From Candidatus Shapirobacteria bacterium (GTDB taxonomy: Bacteria > Patescibacteriota > Microgenomatia > UBA12405), in the NCBI GenBank assembly GCA_022837635.1, contig JALHFY010000001.1:234202-298201 (forward strand): DNA of 64,000 nucleotides, in the 5' to 3' direction. The notes beneath the pieces are model-generated. The model was given only the letters and a program-made list of their open reading frames with translations. It ran no database searches and was not told where the DNA came from. This document shows positions 38,961 to 47,588 of the stretch, piece by piece. Made by a program: the position numbers and the translations under genes. Numbering within the stretch: the first letter of the stretch is position 1; the number at the start of each line of letters is the position of its first letter.

Positions 38961-40161
38961 TGTGAATACTACAAAAGTTGGGGGGGCGGCAGTAGTGGCT
39001 AGAAGACTAAATCAGGTATTTAAGAGTGGTGGAATTAATTTAGAAACAGTAACTTTGAATGATACCGTTTTTGATAAATTAATTGGTATTTTGAGTGTTA
39101 TGGAACAAAAATTTTGGCCAATGCTGATGAAAACGAAGAACATTGTTTATCACTCCCCTGCCATGTTCTCTCGTGGAATTGAAGATTATCTCAGATTGTT
39201 TAATCCAGATATTGTCCATTTACATTGGATAAATAAAGGATTAATGAAACCAGAAGATTTATTAACAATAAGAAAGCCAATTATTTGGACAATGCATGAT
39301 ATGTGGCCATTTTGTGGAGCAGAGCATCATACTAATGAGAGTAGATTTATTAATGGTTATTCTAAAAATAATAGGCCAAAAAATGAAAGTGGAATTGACA
39401 TAAATAGATTTGTCTGGATGAGGAAGGTTAGTGTATATAAAGAATTAAACGATATTATTTTTATTTGTCCGAGCTTATGGTTATACAATTTAGCAAAAAA
39501 GAGTTTTCTTTTGAAAGATAAAAGAGTCCAATATATACCTAATGGTGTTGATTCAAAAGTGTTTTTTTCTATTAATAAGAATATGGCAAAAATTTCTTTA
39601 GGTTTACCAAAAAATAAGAAAATATTACTTTTAGGTTCTGCTTTTATTGACGGAGATAGAAATAAACAAAATGATGTTTTTCTTAAAATATTAGAGTATG
39701 TAAAGGATTTAAAAAATGATTTTATGGTAATAACTTTGGGTTCTGGTGATACATCTAGTTTTAATAAGGTGTTTAGAGAACTTGGAGTTAGAGTAAAACA
39801 TTTTGGTTTCATAAGTAAAGAGAAGGTATTGAATAAAATTTATAATGCTTCGGACATATTTTTAATGTTTTCAAGACATGAAAATATGCCTACCATGTTG
39901 ATTGAGTCGATGGCTTGCGGAACTCCTGCAATTGCGTTTTCAATTGGCGGTATTCCAGAGATTATTGAAAGTGATAGGTATGGATACTTAATCAAACCTT
40001 TTGATTATATTGAGTATGGGAAAAAACTCCGAAAGTTCATTTTAGGTGATAATCTATTTGATAGAAAATTCATTACTAAAAGTATAATGAAAAAATACGA
40101 TATTGAAAAAACAAAAAAACTATATCTTAAAGTTTTTGATTCTCTAGTAAAAAGAAATTAG
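38947..40161 (+). CDS. GT4 glycosyltransferase (WcaC-like)
   Basis: GGAA..ARRL, DIVHLHW, WTMHDMW, PNGVD, ENMP..LIESMACGTP. Confidence 0.85.
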   Translation: MKVLSVNTTKVGGAAVVARRLNQVFKSGGINLETVTLNDTVFDKLIGILSVMEQKFWPMLMKTKNIVYHSPAMFSRGIEDYLRLFNPDIVHLHWINKGLMKPEDLLTIRKPIIWTMHDMWPFCGAEHHTNESRFINGYSKNNRPKNESGIDINRFVWMRKVSVYKELNDIIFICPSLWLYNLAKKSFLLKDKRVQYIPNGVDSKVFFSINKNMAKISLGLPKNKKILLLGSAFIDGDRNKQNDVFLKILEYVKDLKNDFMVITLGSGDTSSFNKVFRELGVRVKHFGFISKEKVLNKIYNASDIFLMFSRHENMPTMLIESMACGTPAIAFSIGGIPEIIESDRYGYLIKPFDYIEYGKKLRKFILGDNLFDRKFITKSIMKKYDIEKTKKLYLKVFDSLVKRN

Positions 40162-40560
40162 TCTATAGTTTGAAGAAATACTGAGAAAGAATGGTAACAA
40201 AAAGGAAATTGCAAGTGTAAATATGGCTGAAATATTTTTTGATTTCCACAAGTTATTTATTTTTTACCTTTTATTTTGTAAAGAATCAGTATTAATAATG
40301 TTGAAGCTAAAGTAACTATTATTGAGAATTTGAAATAAAATGAGAGACGAGTGATGTAGTATAAATCTGAATTCTAACTTGGAACAATGTTTTTTATTAG
40401 GATATATACTGATGAGATATTATTTTTGATATATAAAAAGTACAAAGTGAGATATGACGAAAGAAAAATGAGTAGGTATTGAATTGATTATTAAAAACAA
40501 GACTGGGATGAGGGAGAAGAACAGCAGAAAAGGTAAAAATGAGAGATAATAGGTAATCAT
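40162..40560 (-). pseudogene. Possible degraded membrane-protein remnant
   Basis: Largest gene-free gap in the window. The minus strand gives MITYYLSFLPFLLFFSLIPVLFLIINS...QK* (40560-40420) plus further hydrophobic fragments in other frames. Confidence 0.35.
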
Positions 40561-40574
40561 TTAATATAAATTAT

Positions 40575-41441
40575 ATGAAATTTTCTATTGTAACTCCTTG
40601 TTTTAATGCTGAAAAATTTATAAGGAAAACTATTGATAGTGTAATTTTACAAGAGGGTGATTTTGAAATTGAATACATCATTATTGATGGAAAATCTTCC
40701 GATAAAACAATTCAAATTATAGGTGATTATATTAAAAAGCTGTCTAGTAAGAAAATAAATATCAGATGTAAAGGTGTTAAGATGTCGTATATTTCCGAAA
40801 AAGATAAAGGTATGTACGATGCTTTAAGTAAGGGATTTTTGAAAATTTCTGGAGATGTTGTTGCATATATAAATGCAGATGATTTTTACCAAGATTTAGC
40901 CTTTGATACAGTTAGAAATATTATGAATAAGTATAGTGATATTAAATGGATAACAGGTATGCAAGTGTTGTATTCTTCAAGGAATCAGATAATTGATGCT
41001 TCATTACCTTGCAGATATAAGAGAAATTTAATAAAAAGAGGTTATTATGGTTATTTCTTGCCATTTATTCAACAAGAGTCAACTTTTTGGAGAAAAGAAT
41101 TACTTAAGTCGGTTGATCTTAAAAAACTGTCAAATTGTAAATTGGCAGGCGATTTTTATTTATGGAAGTGTTTTGCTAATAAGTATGATTTAGATGTGGT
41201 GCAATGTATCTTGGGTGGTTTTAGAAGATTGAAGCAACAAAAAAGTACCAACAAAAAGAACTATTATACTGAAATGTTTTCTATCTCTGATTCTAAGAAT
41301 CTAATTTCTTTTATGGATGCAATTTTAGAGATTTTTCCAAGTTTTTTTGTTCTAAATAAAATGAAGAAATATATCAATAAAAATATGGTTTACTTTGATA
41401 CAAATAATGATGAATGGATGCGAAGAATAGATTTTACTTGA
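40575..41441 (+). CDS. GT2 glycosyltransferase (WcaE/WfgS-like)
   Basis: MKFSIVTP, IDGKSSD, SEKDKGMYDAL, YINADD, QQESTFWR. Confidence 0.87.
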   Translation: MKFSIVTPCFNAEKFIRKTIDSVILQEGDFEIEYIIIDGKSSDKTIQIIGDYIKKLSSKKINIRCKGVKMSYISEKDKGMYDALSKGFLKISGDVVAYINADDFYQDLAFDTVRNIMNKYSDIKWITGMQVLYSSRNQIIDASLPCRYKRNLIKRGYYGYFLPFIQQESTFWRKELLKSVDLKKLSNCKLAGDFYLWKCFANKYDLDVVQCILGGFRRLKQQKSTNKKNYYTEMFSISDSKNLISFMDAILEIFPSFFVLNKMKKYINKNMVYFDTNNDEWMRRIDFT

Positions 41442-42207
41442 GATGTTTGTAGCTTGTATTTACTAAAATTTTACCGAAATTGTGGAGAATTTTTAGAATA
41501 ATATTTGAGGTGTTCTGGTTAAAGATTTGCCAGTCTTCTTTGAATTGTTTTTGGTAGCCCGTATTACCTTTGGAATTTGGTTGAATACGAAAGACAGAAA
41601 GATTATCGTAAAGGCGGCCAGGCAGGCTGTGTTTTTGACAACGAAGCCAATAATCATAGTCGAAAGCATATTGATAATCTGAATTAAATAAGCCAACTTT
41701 ATCGACTAATTTTCTTCTAAGAAAAACTGATGGTTGATTGATAGTATTAAAGACTAAGAGAGCGGATTTGAAAATTTGAATTGGCCAGATGTGTTTTAAC
41801 CAAAAAGTCCAATTAAATTTTTTATCTGAAACCTGACAATTGCCGACAAGCCACTCTTTTTGGGGATGAGTATTGAAATAAGTTAAAATTTTTTTTAAGG
41901 AATTCGGAAAATAATAGTCATCGGAATTTATGTAGGCGATAATATCGCCTGTAGTTTTGATAAGTGCTTGATTGAGAGCGTCAACCTGACCTTTATCTCT
42001 TTTTGATTGCCAGAAAAATTTGATTCTTTGATTATGATGGAGTAATTTTGAATATTTTTGAAGGATATTGACAGTATTATCAGTTGAACCTCCGTCCATA
42101 ACAAAGTACTCGATATCAAAATTACCTTGTTGTTCGATAACACTTTTAATAGTTTGTTCAATATATTTGCCTTGATTAAAAGATGGAGTAATAATAGAAA
42201 ATTTCAT
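41434..42207 (-). CDS. GT2 glycosyltransferase (WcaE/WfgS-like)
   Basis: MKFSIITPSFNQ, MDGGSTD, DKGQVDALN, YINSDD, QPSVF, DYDYWLR. Confidence 0.88.
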   Translation of the reverse strand: MKFSIITPSFNQGKYIEQTIKSVIEQQGNFDIEYFVMDGGSTDNTVNILQKYSKLLHHNQRIKFFWQSKRDKGQVDALNQALIKTTGDIIAYINSDDYYFPNSLKKILTYFNTHPQKEWLVGNCQVSDKKFNWTFWLKHIWPIQIFKSALLVFNTINQPSVFLRRKLVDKVGLFNSDYQYAFDYDYWLRCQKHSLPGRLYDNLSVFRIQPNSKGNTGYQKQFKEDWQIFNQNTSNIILKILHNFGKILVNTSYKHLK

Positions 42208-42251
42208 GTCGAAACTTTAGTTATTATAACTGTTTTTATAATATATTTAGG

Positions 42252-42257
42252 TATAAT
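42252..42257 (+). promoter_or_regulatory. -10 element (TATAAT) 6 nt upstream of the ATG at 42264
   Basis: gTATAATtgattaATG. Confidence 0.55.
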
Positions 42258-42263
42258 TGATTA

Positions 42264-44018
42264 ATGAAGTTTAGGTTTATTTCTATAGAGGTTTTTATTT
42301 TAATTTTTATTGTTATTTTAGGTTTGTTTCAGGTATTTATCATTCCTCCATTTCAAAAACCAGATGAGGTCATTCATTTTAAGCGCAGTAGTGCAATCAT
42401 GGTAAATGGTAGATGCTTAAATCAAAGTCGATATATTAGTTTTCCAGACAAGGTAGATGCGTTGAAATTAGCTCATAAATTTGAGGAAAAATTTATGGTT
42501 GAAAATGTGTTTTATAAGGATGAAAACAAAGGGAAGGAAATATTTGCTTATGATAAAGATTGGAACAGTTATATCACCTATTTTCCTAGTTACTTAGGAA
42601 TATGGTTGGGTGGTTTAAGTGATTATCCAGCATGGGCATTCTATGAAGGGAGACTGGCAGGATTTTTATTTTTTATGATTTGTTTTGCTTTGGCTATAAA
42701 ATTGGCTGGGAAATATAAATGGTTTATATATGGATATGCAGTATTGCCAATGGTGTTACAGCAATCAACTATTGTAGGTTATGATGTAATGCTCTATAGC
42801 TTAGCACCGGTGATTTTTGGGTTGACAGTAAATTTACTTGAAAGAAAAAAAATGAATTGGAAAATGTTTATAGGACTGGCGGTATCGACTTTATTATATA
42901 TTTTGGTTAAACCTGGATATTATTTGATGGTATTGCTACCAATGGTTGTTTTATGGATGAAAACAAAGAAATATATTCTGAGAAAGCCGATAATAATGAT
43001 GATTATAGCTTTAGTAGCGGTGACGATTGGATTTTTCTTTGTTAAAAAAATGATGGTTTTTACTGATTACAATGGTGAAAAGTTAATTATTGGAAAATAT
43101 CAAATGGAAATACTCAAGCATGATCCAGGATATTTTTTAAGAGTCTTGAGGGATACTTGGGAGGCAAAGAGAGTGTTTTATATCGAAAGTAGTTTGGGTT
43201 ATTTTGGTTGGCTTGATTATAAATATGATTTATATGGATATTTATTAGTTTTTGGACTTTTTCTTTATCTGTCTACAAGGAGTTTTAAGCTTGTCAAAAA
43301 AAACACTTTAGACAAGTTAAGTATTATTTTAATTTTAGGAATAATTCTGGGAACTTATGTGCTAATTCATTTTATGTTTTGGTTATACTGGACAGAGGTA
43401 GGGTCGAGTGTAGTTGAGGGGGTGCAAGGAAGATACTTGTTGCCCTTAGTACTTTTTTTAGTTTGGTTAATTTTAGAAATTAAATTAAATTTAGGAAAGA
43501 ATACAGTCAAGATCTTATTTTTAAGTCTTTTATTGTTATTGGTTGGAATTGATACTTATGAAATAATCTATGAGCGTTATTATGATTTTTCAAAAAACAT
43601 TGTAAATGCCGATGAATTGGCAGAAGAAATACAGAATTTGAGAGATAACGAAGAACCTTTAGTAAAAATTGATTCTAGAGATAGAATGATTAAGTATTTT
43701 GATACGTCATGGGAGGATAAAATAATTGGGTTTCAAATTGTCATAGAGAAAGATGATGTTTTAATCCAAGTTCCTTATCGATATAAAATTATGGACGAAG
43801 ATGGTAAAAAAGTGTTTTTGTCGGGTTATCTAACTCAAAAGAAACTACAGGATAGTGGTGTTTATGAATCGACTTTTAATAAAGCTTTTAAGCCTAAAGG
43901 AAAAGTAATTGCGTTGTTGATTGAACCGGTGGTGATGAATGAAAGTGAAAAATATTTTAGTTATTTATCCTTATATGACGAAATTCAGGCGAGACTACTG
44001 TTTATGAAGCCTAATTAG
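42264..44018 (+). CDS. DUF2142-like GT-C fold membrane protein
   Basis: PPFQKPDE..H, GRL, YD, G.FGWLD and GVQGRYLLP motifs; many TM segments; soluble C-terminal domain. Confidence 0.78.
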   Translation: MKFRFISIEVFILIFIVILGLFQVFIIPPFQKPDEVIHFKRSSAIMVNGRCLNQSRYISFPDKVDALKLAHKFEEKFMVENVFYKDENKGKEIFAYDKDWNSYITYFPSYLGIWLGGLSDYPAWAFYEGRLAGFLFFMICFALAIKLAGKYKWFIYGYAVLPMVLQQSTIVGYDVMLYSLAPVIFGLTVNLLERKKMNWKMFIGLAVSTLLYILVKPGYYLMVLLPMVVLWMKTKKYILRKPIIMMIIALVAVTIGFFFVKKMMVFTDYNGEKLIIGKYQMEILKHDPGYFLRVLRDTWEAKRVFYIESSLGYFGWLDYKYDLYGYLLVFGLFLYLSTRSFKLVKKNTLDKLSIILILGIILGTYVLIHFMFWLYWTEVGSSVVEGVQGRYLLPLVLFLVWLILEIKLNLGKNTVKILFLSLLLLLVGIDTYEIIYERYYDFSKNIVNADELAEEIQNLRDNEEPLVKIDSRDRMIKYFDTSWEDKIIGFQIVIEKDDVLIQVPYRYKIMDEDGKKVFLSGYLTQKKLQDSGVYESTFNKAFKPKGKVIALLIEPVVMNESEKYFSYLSLYDEIQARLLFMKPN

Positions 44019-44939
44019 AGATTGGAGATAAAACTGATAGGGTAAAATAGTCTTTTGATTATTAATTGACCAGATACCTAAATAGCGGCTTTGTTTGATA
44101 TTTCCTTTGATTTTACGAGTATGTAAATCATATTGAAGTACTTTTTTTTGAATTTTACTAATGACTGATTGTTGTCGGCTCATACCTTCTAAAGAAGAGG
44201 TAGAGGTACTGGAGAGGCGCCAGCTATACAGAATTTTTGGCAGATGAATGATATTTTCGGGTGATAAAATGTTTGTAGCTCGAAGAAGCAAATCCCAGTC
44301 TTGGGCTAGATCAGTCCCCTCTCGGAGATAATTTAGTTTTTTAAGGGTTGGTCGGTGAATGAGTGTGAGATGATTTATGTAATTAGTTTGACGGAGTAGA
44401 TTGAAGTCAAAATCTGACTTTAGAAAGGGATCAAAGTGATGATTTGATTCATTTATTTTGTCTTGATCAGTATAGATTAATTTACAGTGAGGATTCTGAT
44501 TAATTGTATGAACAGCTTCTAAGAGAGCATTTGGCCATAGATAGTCATCATGATCAAGAAAGGCGACCCAATCACCATGGCATTTTTTAAGACCTCTATT
44601 AGTTGCTTTGACAATATTTAAGTTTTTGGAATTGAGAAGTATTTTTATTTTAGGATTAGTAGAATATGATTCTAAAAGTTGGCTAATATAAGGATTATTT
44701 GAATAGTCGTCAATAAGGATTAATTGCCAATTTTGATAACTTTGGTTGATGATTGAGTCAAGACAGAATTTGAGCCAGGATATTTTGGGTTTATAGATAG
44801 GAACAACTATATTGATTAAAGGAGATGATTCTAATTGATGTTTGTTTTGATGAAGAAGATGAGGATATTTATATTGATAATATAAATTTAGAAAAAAATG
44901 AAAAGTTATTTCTAAAAGTTTTTGTAGATAAGGATTCAT
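43995..44939 (-). CDS. GT2 glycosyltransferase (RfbC-like)
   Basis: IVVPIY, QSYQNWQLILIDD, FLDHDD, IYTDQD, AQDWDLLLR, HLPKILYSWR. Confidence 0.85.
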   Translation of the reverse strand: MNPYLQKLLEITFHFFLNLYYQYKYPHLLHQNKHQLESSPLINIVVPIYKPKISWLKFCLDSIINQSYQNWQLILIDDYSNNPYISQLLESYSTNPKIKILLNSKNLNIVKATNRGLKKCHGDWVAFLDHDDYLWPNALLEAVHTINQNPHCKLIYTDQDKINESNHHFDPFLKSDFDFNLLRQTNYINHLTLIHRPTLKKLNYLREGTDLAQDWDLLLRATNILSPENIIHLPKILYSWRLSSTSTSSLEGMSRQQSVISKIQKKVLQYDLHTRKIKGNIKQSRYLGIWSINNQKTILPYQFYLQSLIRLHKQ

Positions 44940-45097
44940 TTAAGAACTTTTTGAAATAATCTAGTGAGAAAATGGGGTTTATCGAGAGTAAGTCGAAGGA
45001 CTCGATTGGTTTCTATTTCTTTGGCGAGTAAAGAACGGAGTCGAAGATTTTCATTTTCGAGACGAATTATTTTTTGAGAGATATTTTTTGTAGTCAT
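44936..45097 (-). CDS. 53-aa coiled-coil microprotein, not in the ORF track
   Basis: MTTKNISQKIIRLENENLRLRSLLAKEIETNRVLRLTLDKPHFLTRLFQKVLK*. Its TGA overlaps the ATG of the downstream GT2 (ATGA) and it fills the gap almost exactly. Confidence 0.6.
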   Translation of the reverse strand: MTTKNISQKIIRLENENLRLRSLLAKEIETNRVLRLTLDKPHFLTRLFQKVLK

Positions 45098-45125
45098 TTA
45101 CTTGTTAAGATATGATAACAATAAT

Positions 45126-46016
45126 ATGATTAAGAGAATATATCTTGAAGATCATAATCAGGTATTGGAGGGTATTCGGAATAGTTTTGATGTTGTAGAT
45201 AATTGGATGGAGGCAGAAGCGGTGGTGGTATGGCAGGATATTCGAGGCGAGTTGGTTCAAACTGTAGCGAATGCTAACTTATTAGGAATACCAACAATAG
45301 TAATGCAACATGGTCTTCGAGCAAGTCGAGAATATTCTAGTGATTTTGGAAAAGTATTGTTAGCAAAAAAAATTATGGTCTGGGGACCAAAAGATAAAGA
45401 AAGAGTAATGAGTGGTGGAGTTGAGCCAGAGAGAATTGAAGTAACAGGAACAATAATTTTTGATTCACTAAAGACGGTTGAAACACATGAAGAAAAAAAT
45501 GTTTTATTTGTGCCTTTACATTGGGATAAAGAAATTAGAGAAAATTTTGAGGTGGCTGAGAAATTAGCTTTAATTAAAGGAATTAATGTTCGAACAAAAT
45601 TGATTGAAGGTCAAAGAAAGAATCATTATCAAAATGTAATTAGAAGTAATCGGGATAAAGTAGGACATCTGGAGATTATTAGTGAGATTTTAAGAACTAC
45701 TGATTTGGTAGTTAGTTTAAGTGAAAGTACTTTGGAATTTATGGCCTATTATTTAGATATACCTGTAATTACTGTGAATAATTGGAAACCAAAATATTTT
45801 TTGGATACTTATATTGAAAGTATTAATAAATACTTTAGTGGTGCGAACATAGAAACAAATTTAGATGATTTAGAAAAAACAATTTTTTGGGTATTGAATA
45901 ATAGACAGATCAAATCCAAAGAAAGGAAAAAAGCTTTGTACGAGGAGGCAGGGATTGGTTTTAGGAAAATGAATGCGAGAAAAAAGATAATTGAGGTAAT
46001 TAGAAACTTGGGTTAG
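45126..46016 (+). CDS. Putative GT-B fold glycan-biosynthesis protein (QHG motif)
   Basis: IPTIVMQHG, VWG, VTG..FD and DLVVS..STLE..AYYLDIPVI resemble GT-B capsule/teichoic-type transferases. Start set at ATG 45126. Confidence 0.5.
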   Translation: MIKRIYLEDHNQVLEGIRNSFDVVDNWMEAEAVVVWQDIRGELVQTVANANLLGIPTIVMQHGLRASREYSSDFGKVLLAKKIMVWGPKDKERVMSGGVEPERIEVTGTIIFDSLKTVETHEEKNVLFVPLHWDKEIRENFEVAEKLALIKGINVRTKLIEGQRKNHYQNVIRSNRDKVGHLEIISEILRTTDLVVSLSESTLEFMAYYLDIPVITVNNWKPKYFLDTYIESINKYFSGANIETNLDDLEKTIFWVLNNRQIKSKERKKALYEEAGIGFRKMNARKKIIEVIRNLG

Positions 46017-46743
46017 TTTTTTCCTTGAGGTATTGTTGACAAATTTGAATAGGTGAACCATCAGCGATGAGTTTTGAGTGACTAATTAGAAGACAGCGAG
46101 AGCAGAATTTGATAACAGTATCAAGATCATGAGAGACGTAGAGAATAGTTACCCCATTCTTTTTGAATTCTTCCATTTTTTGGAAACATTTTTGTTGAAA
46201 ATTTGGGTCGCCAACAGCGAGAATTTCATCAATAATGAGAATATCGGGATGGGTATGAATGGCGACAGAAAAGCCAAGTCGCATGTACATACCTGAAGAA
46301 AAGAATTTAATTGGCTGATCAATAAATTCCTCTAATTCTGAAAATTTAACAATACTATTAAAATTGTTTTCTATTTCTTTTTGGCTTAGGCCAAGAATGG
46401 CACCGTTTAGGAAGATATTTTCTCGAGCGGTGAGCTCAGGGTGAAAACCAGCACCTAATTCAATTAAAGGAGAGATGCGGCCATTAACATAAACCTTTCC
46501 CTTAGTGGGAGCAGTAACTCCAGCAATAAGTTTTAGAATAGTTGATTTACCACTACCATTTGGACCGATAATCCCGAGAGTTTCCCCACTCTTAACCTTA
46601 AAAGAAATGTTGTCGAGAGCAATGAAATTATTTTTTGTTTGTTCGCCAAGAAAGAGAGCTGGTAAAAATTCCTTAAATGTTTTTTGTTTTTGAAGAGAAA
46701 ATTTTTTGGTTAAATTAGTGAATTTAATGACGGTGTTATTCAT
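46000..46743 (-). CDS. wzt: Second Wzt ABC ATPase, without C-terminal binding domain
   Basis: GPNGSGKST, GAGFHPELTAREN, FSSGMYMRLGF, DEILAVGD. Start set at ATG 46743. Confidence 0.9.
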   Translation of the reverse strand: MNNTVIKFTNLTKKFSLQKQKTFKEFLPALFLGEQTKNNFIALDNISFKVKSGETLGIIGPNGSGKSTILKLIAGVTAPTKGKVYVNGRISPLIELGAGFHPELTARENIFLNGAILGLSQKEIENNFNSIVKFSELEEFIDQPIKFFSSGMYMRLGFSVAIHTHPDILIIDEILAVGDPNFQQKCFQKMEEFKKNGVTILYVSHDLDTVIKFCSRCLLISHSKLIADGSPIQICQQYLKEKTNPSF

Positions 46744-46744
46744 A

Positions 46745-47545
46745 TTAAACAATGTCGGCAAAGGTGTTTTCACGCTGCTTAAAATATAGCAAGCCGACAG
46801 ATAAGGTAATAAAAGAAACAATTAGGGCGATAAATAGACTGAATAAATCAGGTGATTTTCCCCCGAGAACTGTTTGCCGATAAGCGTTAACAAAGACACT
46901 CATAGGGTTAAGTTGAAAAATAAATTTAAAGCGATTAGGGACAATATCGGCAGGATAGACAATAGGGGTGATATAGAACCAGAGAGAGATAATCAATGCG
47001 AGTAAGTATTGGATATCTCTATAAATTAGGTTGGCGGCAGCAAAAAATAGAGAAAGACCTAGAGTAAATATTAACTGAGTTAATAGAATGGGAATTACCC
47101 AGAGTAGATTTAAGGTAATTGGAATTTTAAAAAAAATGAAGAATATAATTAAGACTGTTAAAGCAAAAGCAAAATCAATTAATTTGGCGATAATGGTGGA
47201 GATAACAAGAATTGAGCGAGGAAAATATATTTTACGAATTAGTGGTGCGGAATTTACAAGTGACATAGCTGATGAAGTGACTGAAGTAGAAAAGAGGTTC
47301 CAAGGTAGAAGGGCAGTATATAGAAATAAGGTATAAGGGATATGTGAAGCAGAATTAGTGGGAATACGAAGAATAACAGAAAAAGCAAAAGACATAACGA
47401 GCATTTGAGCTAGTGGATTTAATATTACCCAAAAATAACCGAGGATTGATTGCTTGTATCGGGCTTTAATTTCTCGACTGGTCATTTGCCATAAAAGTTC
47501 CCGCCATTTGATGACGCTTTGAAATTCTTGAACTATGGCTAACAT
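46745..47545 (-). CDS. wzm: Second Wzm ABC permease
   Basis: REIKARYKQSILGYFW..LNPL, KIYFPR, YRD, TPIVYP, NPM, FADIV. Confidence 0.92.
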   Translation of the reverse strand: MLAIVQEFQSVIKWRELLWQMTSREIKARYKQSILGYFWVILNPLAQMLVMSFAFSVILRIPTNSASHIPYTLFLYTALLPWNLFSTSVTSSAMSLVNSAPLIRKIYFPRSILVISTIIAKLIDFAFALTVLIIFFIFFKIPITLNLLWVIPILLTQLIFTLGLSLFFAAANLIYRDIQYLLALIISLWFYITPIVYPADIVPNRFKFIFQLNPMSVFVNAYRQTVLGGKSPDLFSLFIALIVSFITLSVGLLYFKQRENTFADIV

Positions 47546-47550
47546 GAGTT

Positions 47551-47581
47551 AGTTTAGCAAATTAAAAAGATAGTTTATAAT
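47551..47581. promoter_or_regulatory. Back-to-back -10 elements for wzm2 (minus strand, TGcTAAACT) and yvcK (plus strand, TATAAT)
   Basis: Minus strand TGCTAAACTaactcATG(47545); plus strand TATAATggtaggaATG(47589). Confidence 0.5.
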
Positions 47582-47588
47582 GGTAGGA

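Noticed and set aside
38980-38986. G7 tract near the 5' end of the WcaC-like GT as a phase-variation site
   Set aside because: It is short, in frame and encodes the conserved GGAA motif; there is no sign of slippage.
46744-46821. Longer ORF-track starts for wzt2, and similarly for 14091, 17519, 50960, 52102, 54583 and 62731
   Set aside because: The extensions run into the upstream gene or promoter region; downstream starts at stop/start junctions fit the family N-termini better.
15235-47545. Classical LPS O-antigen locus
   Set aside because: No lipid A, Kdo or heptose genes are seen and the inferred lineage lacks an outer membrane; the glycan acceptor remains unknown.
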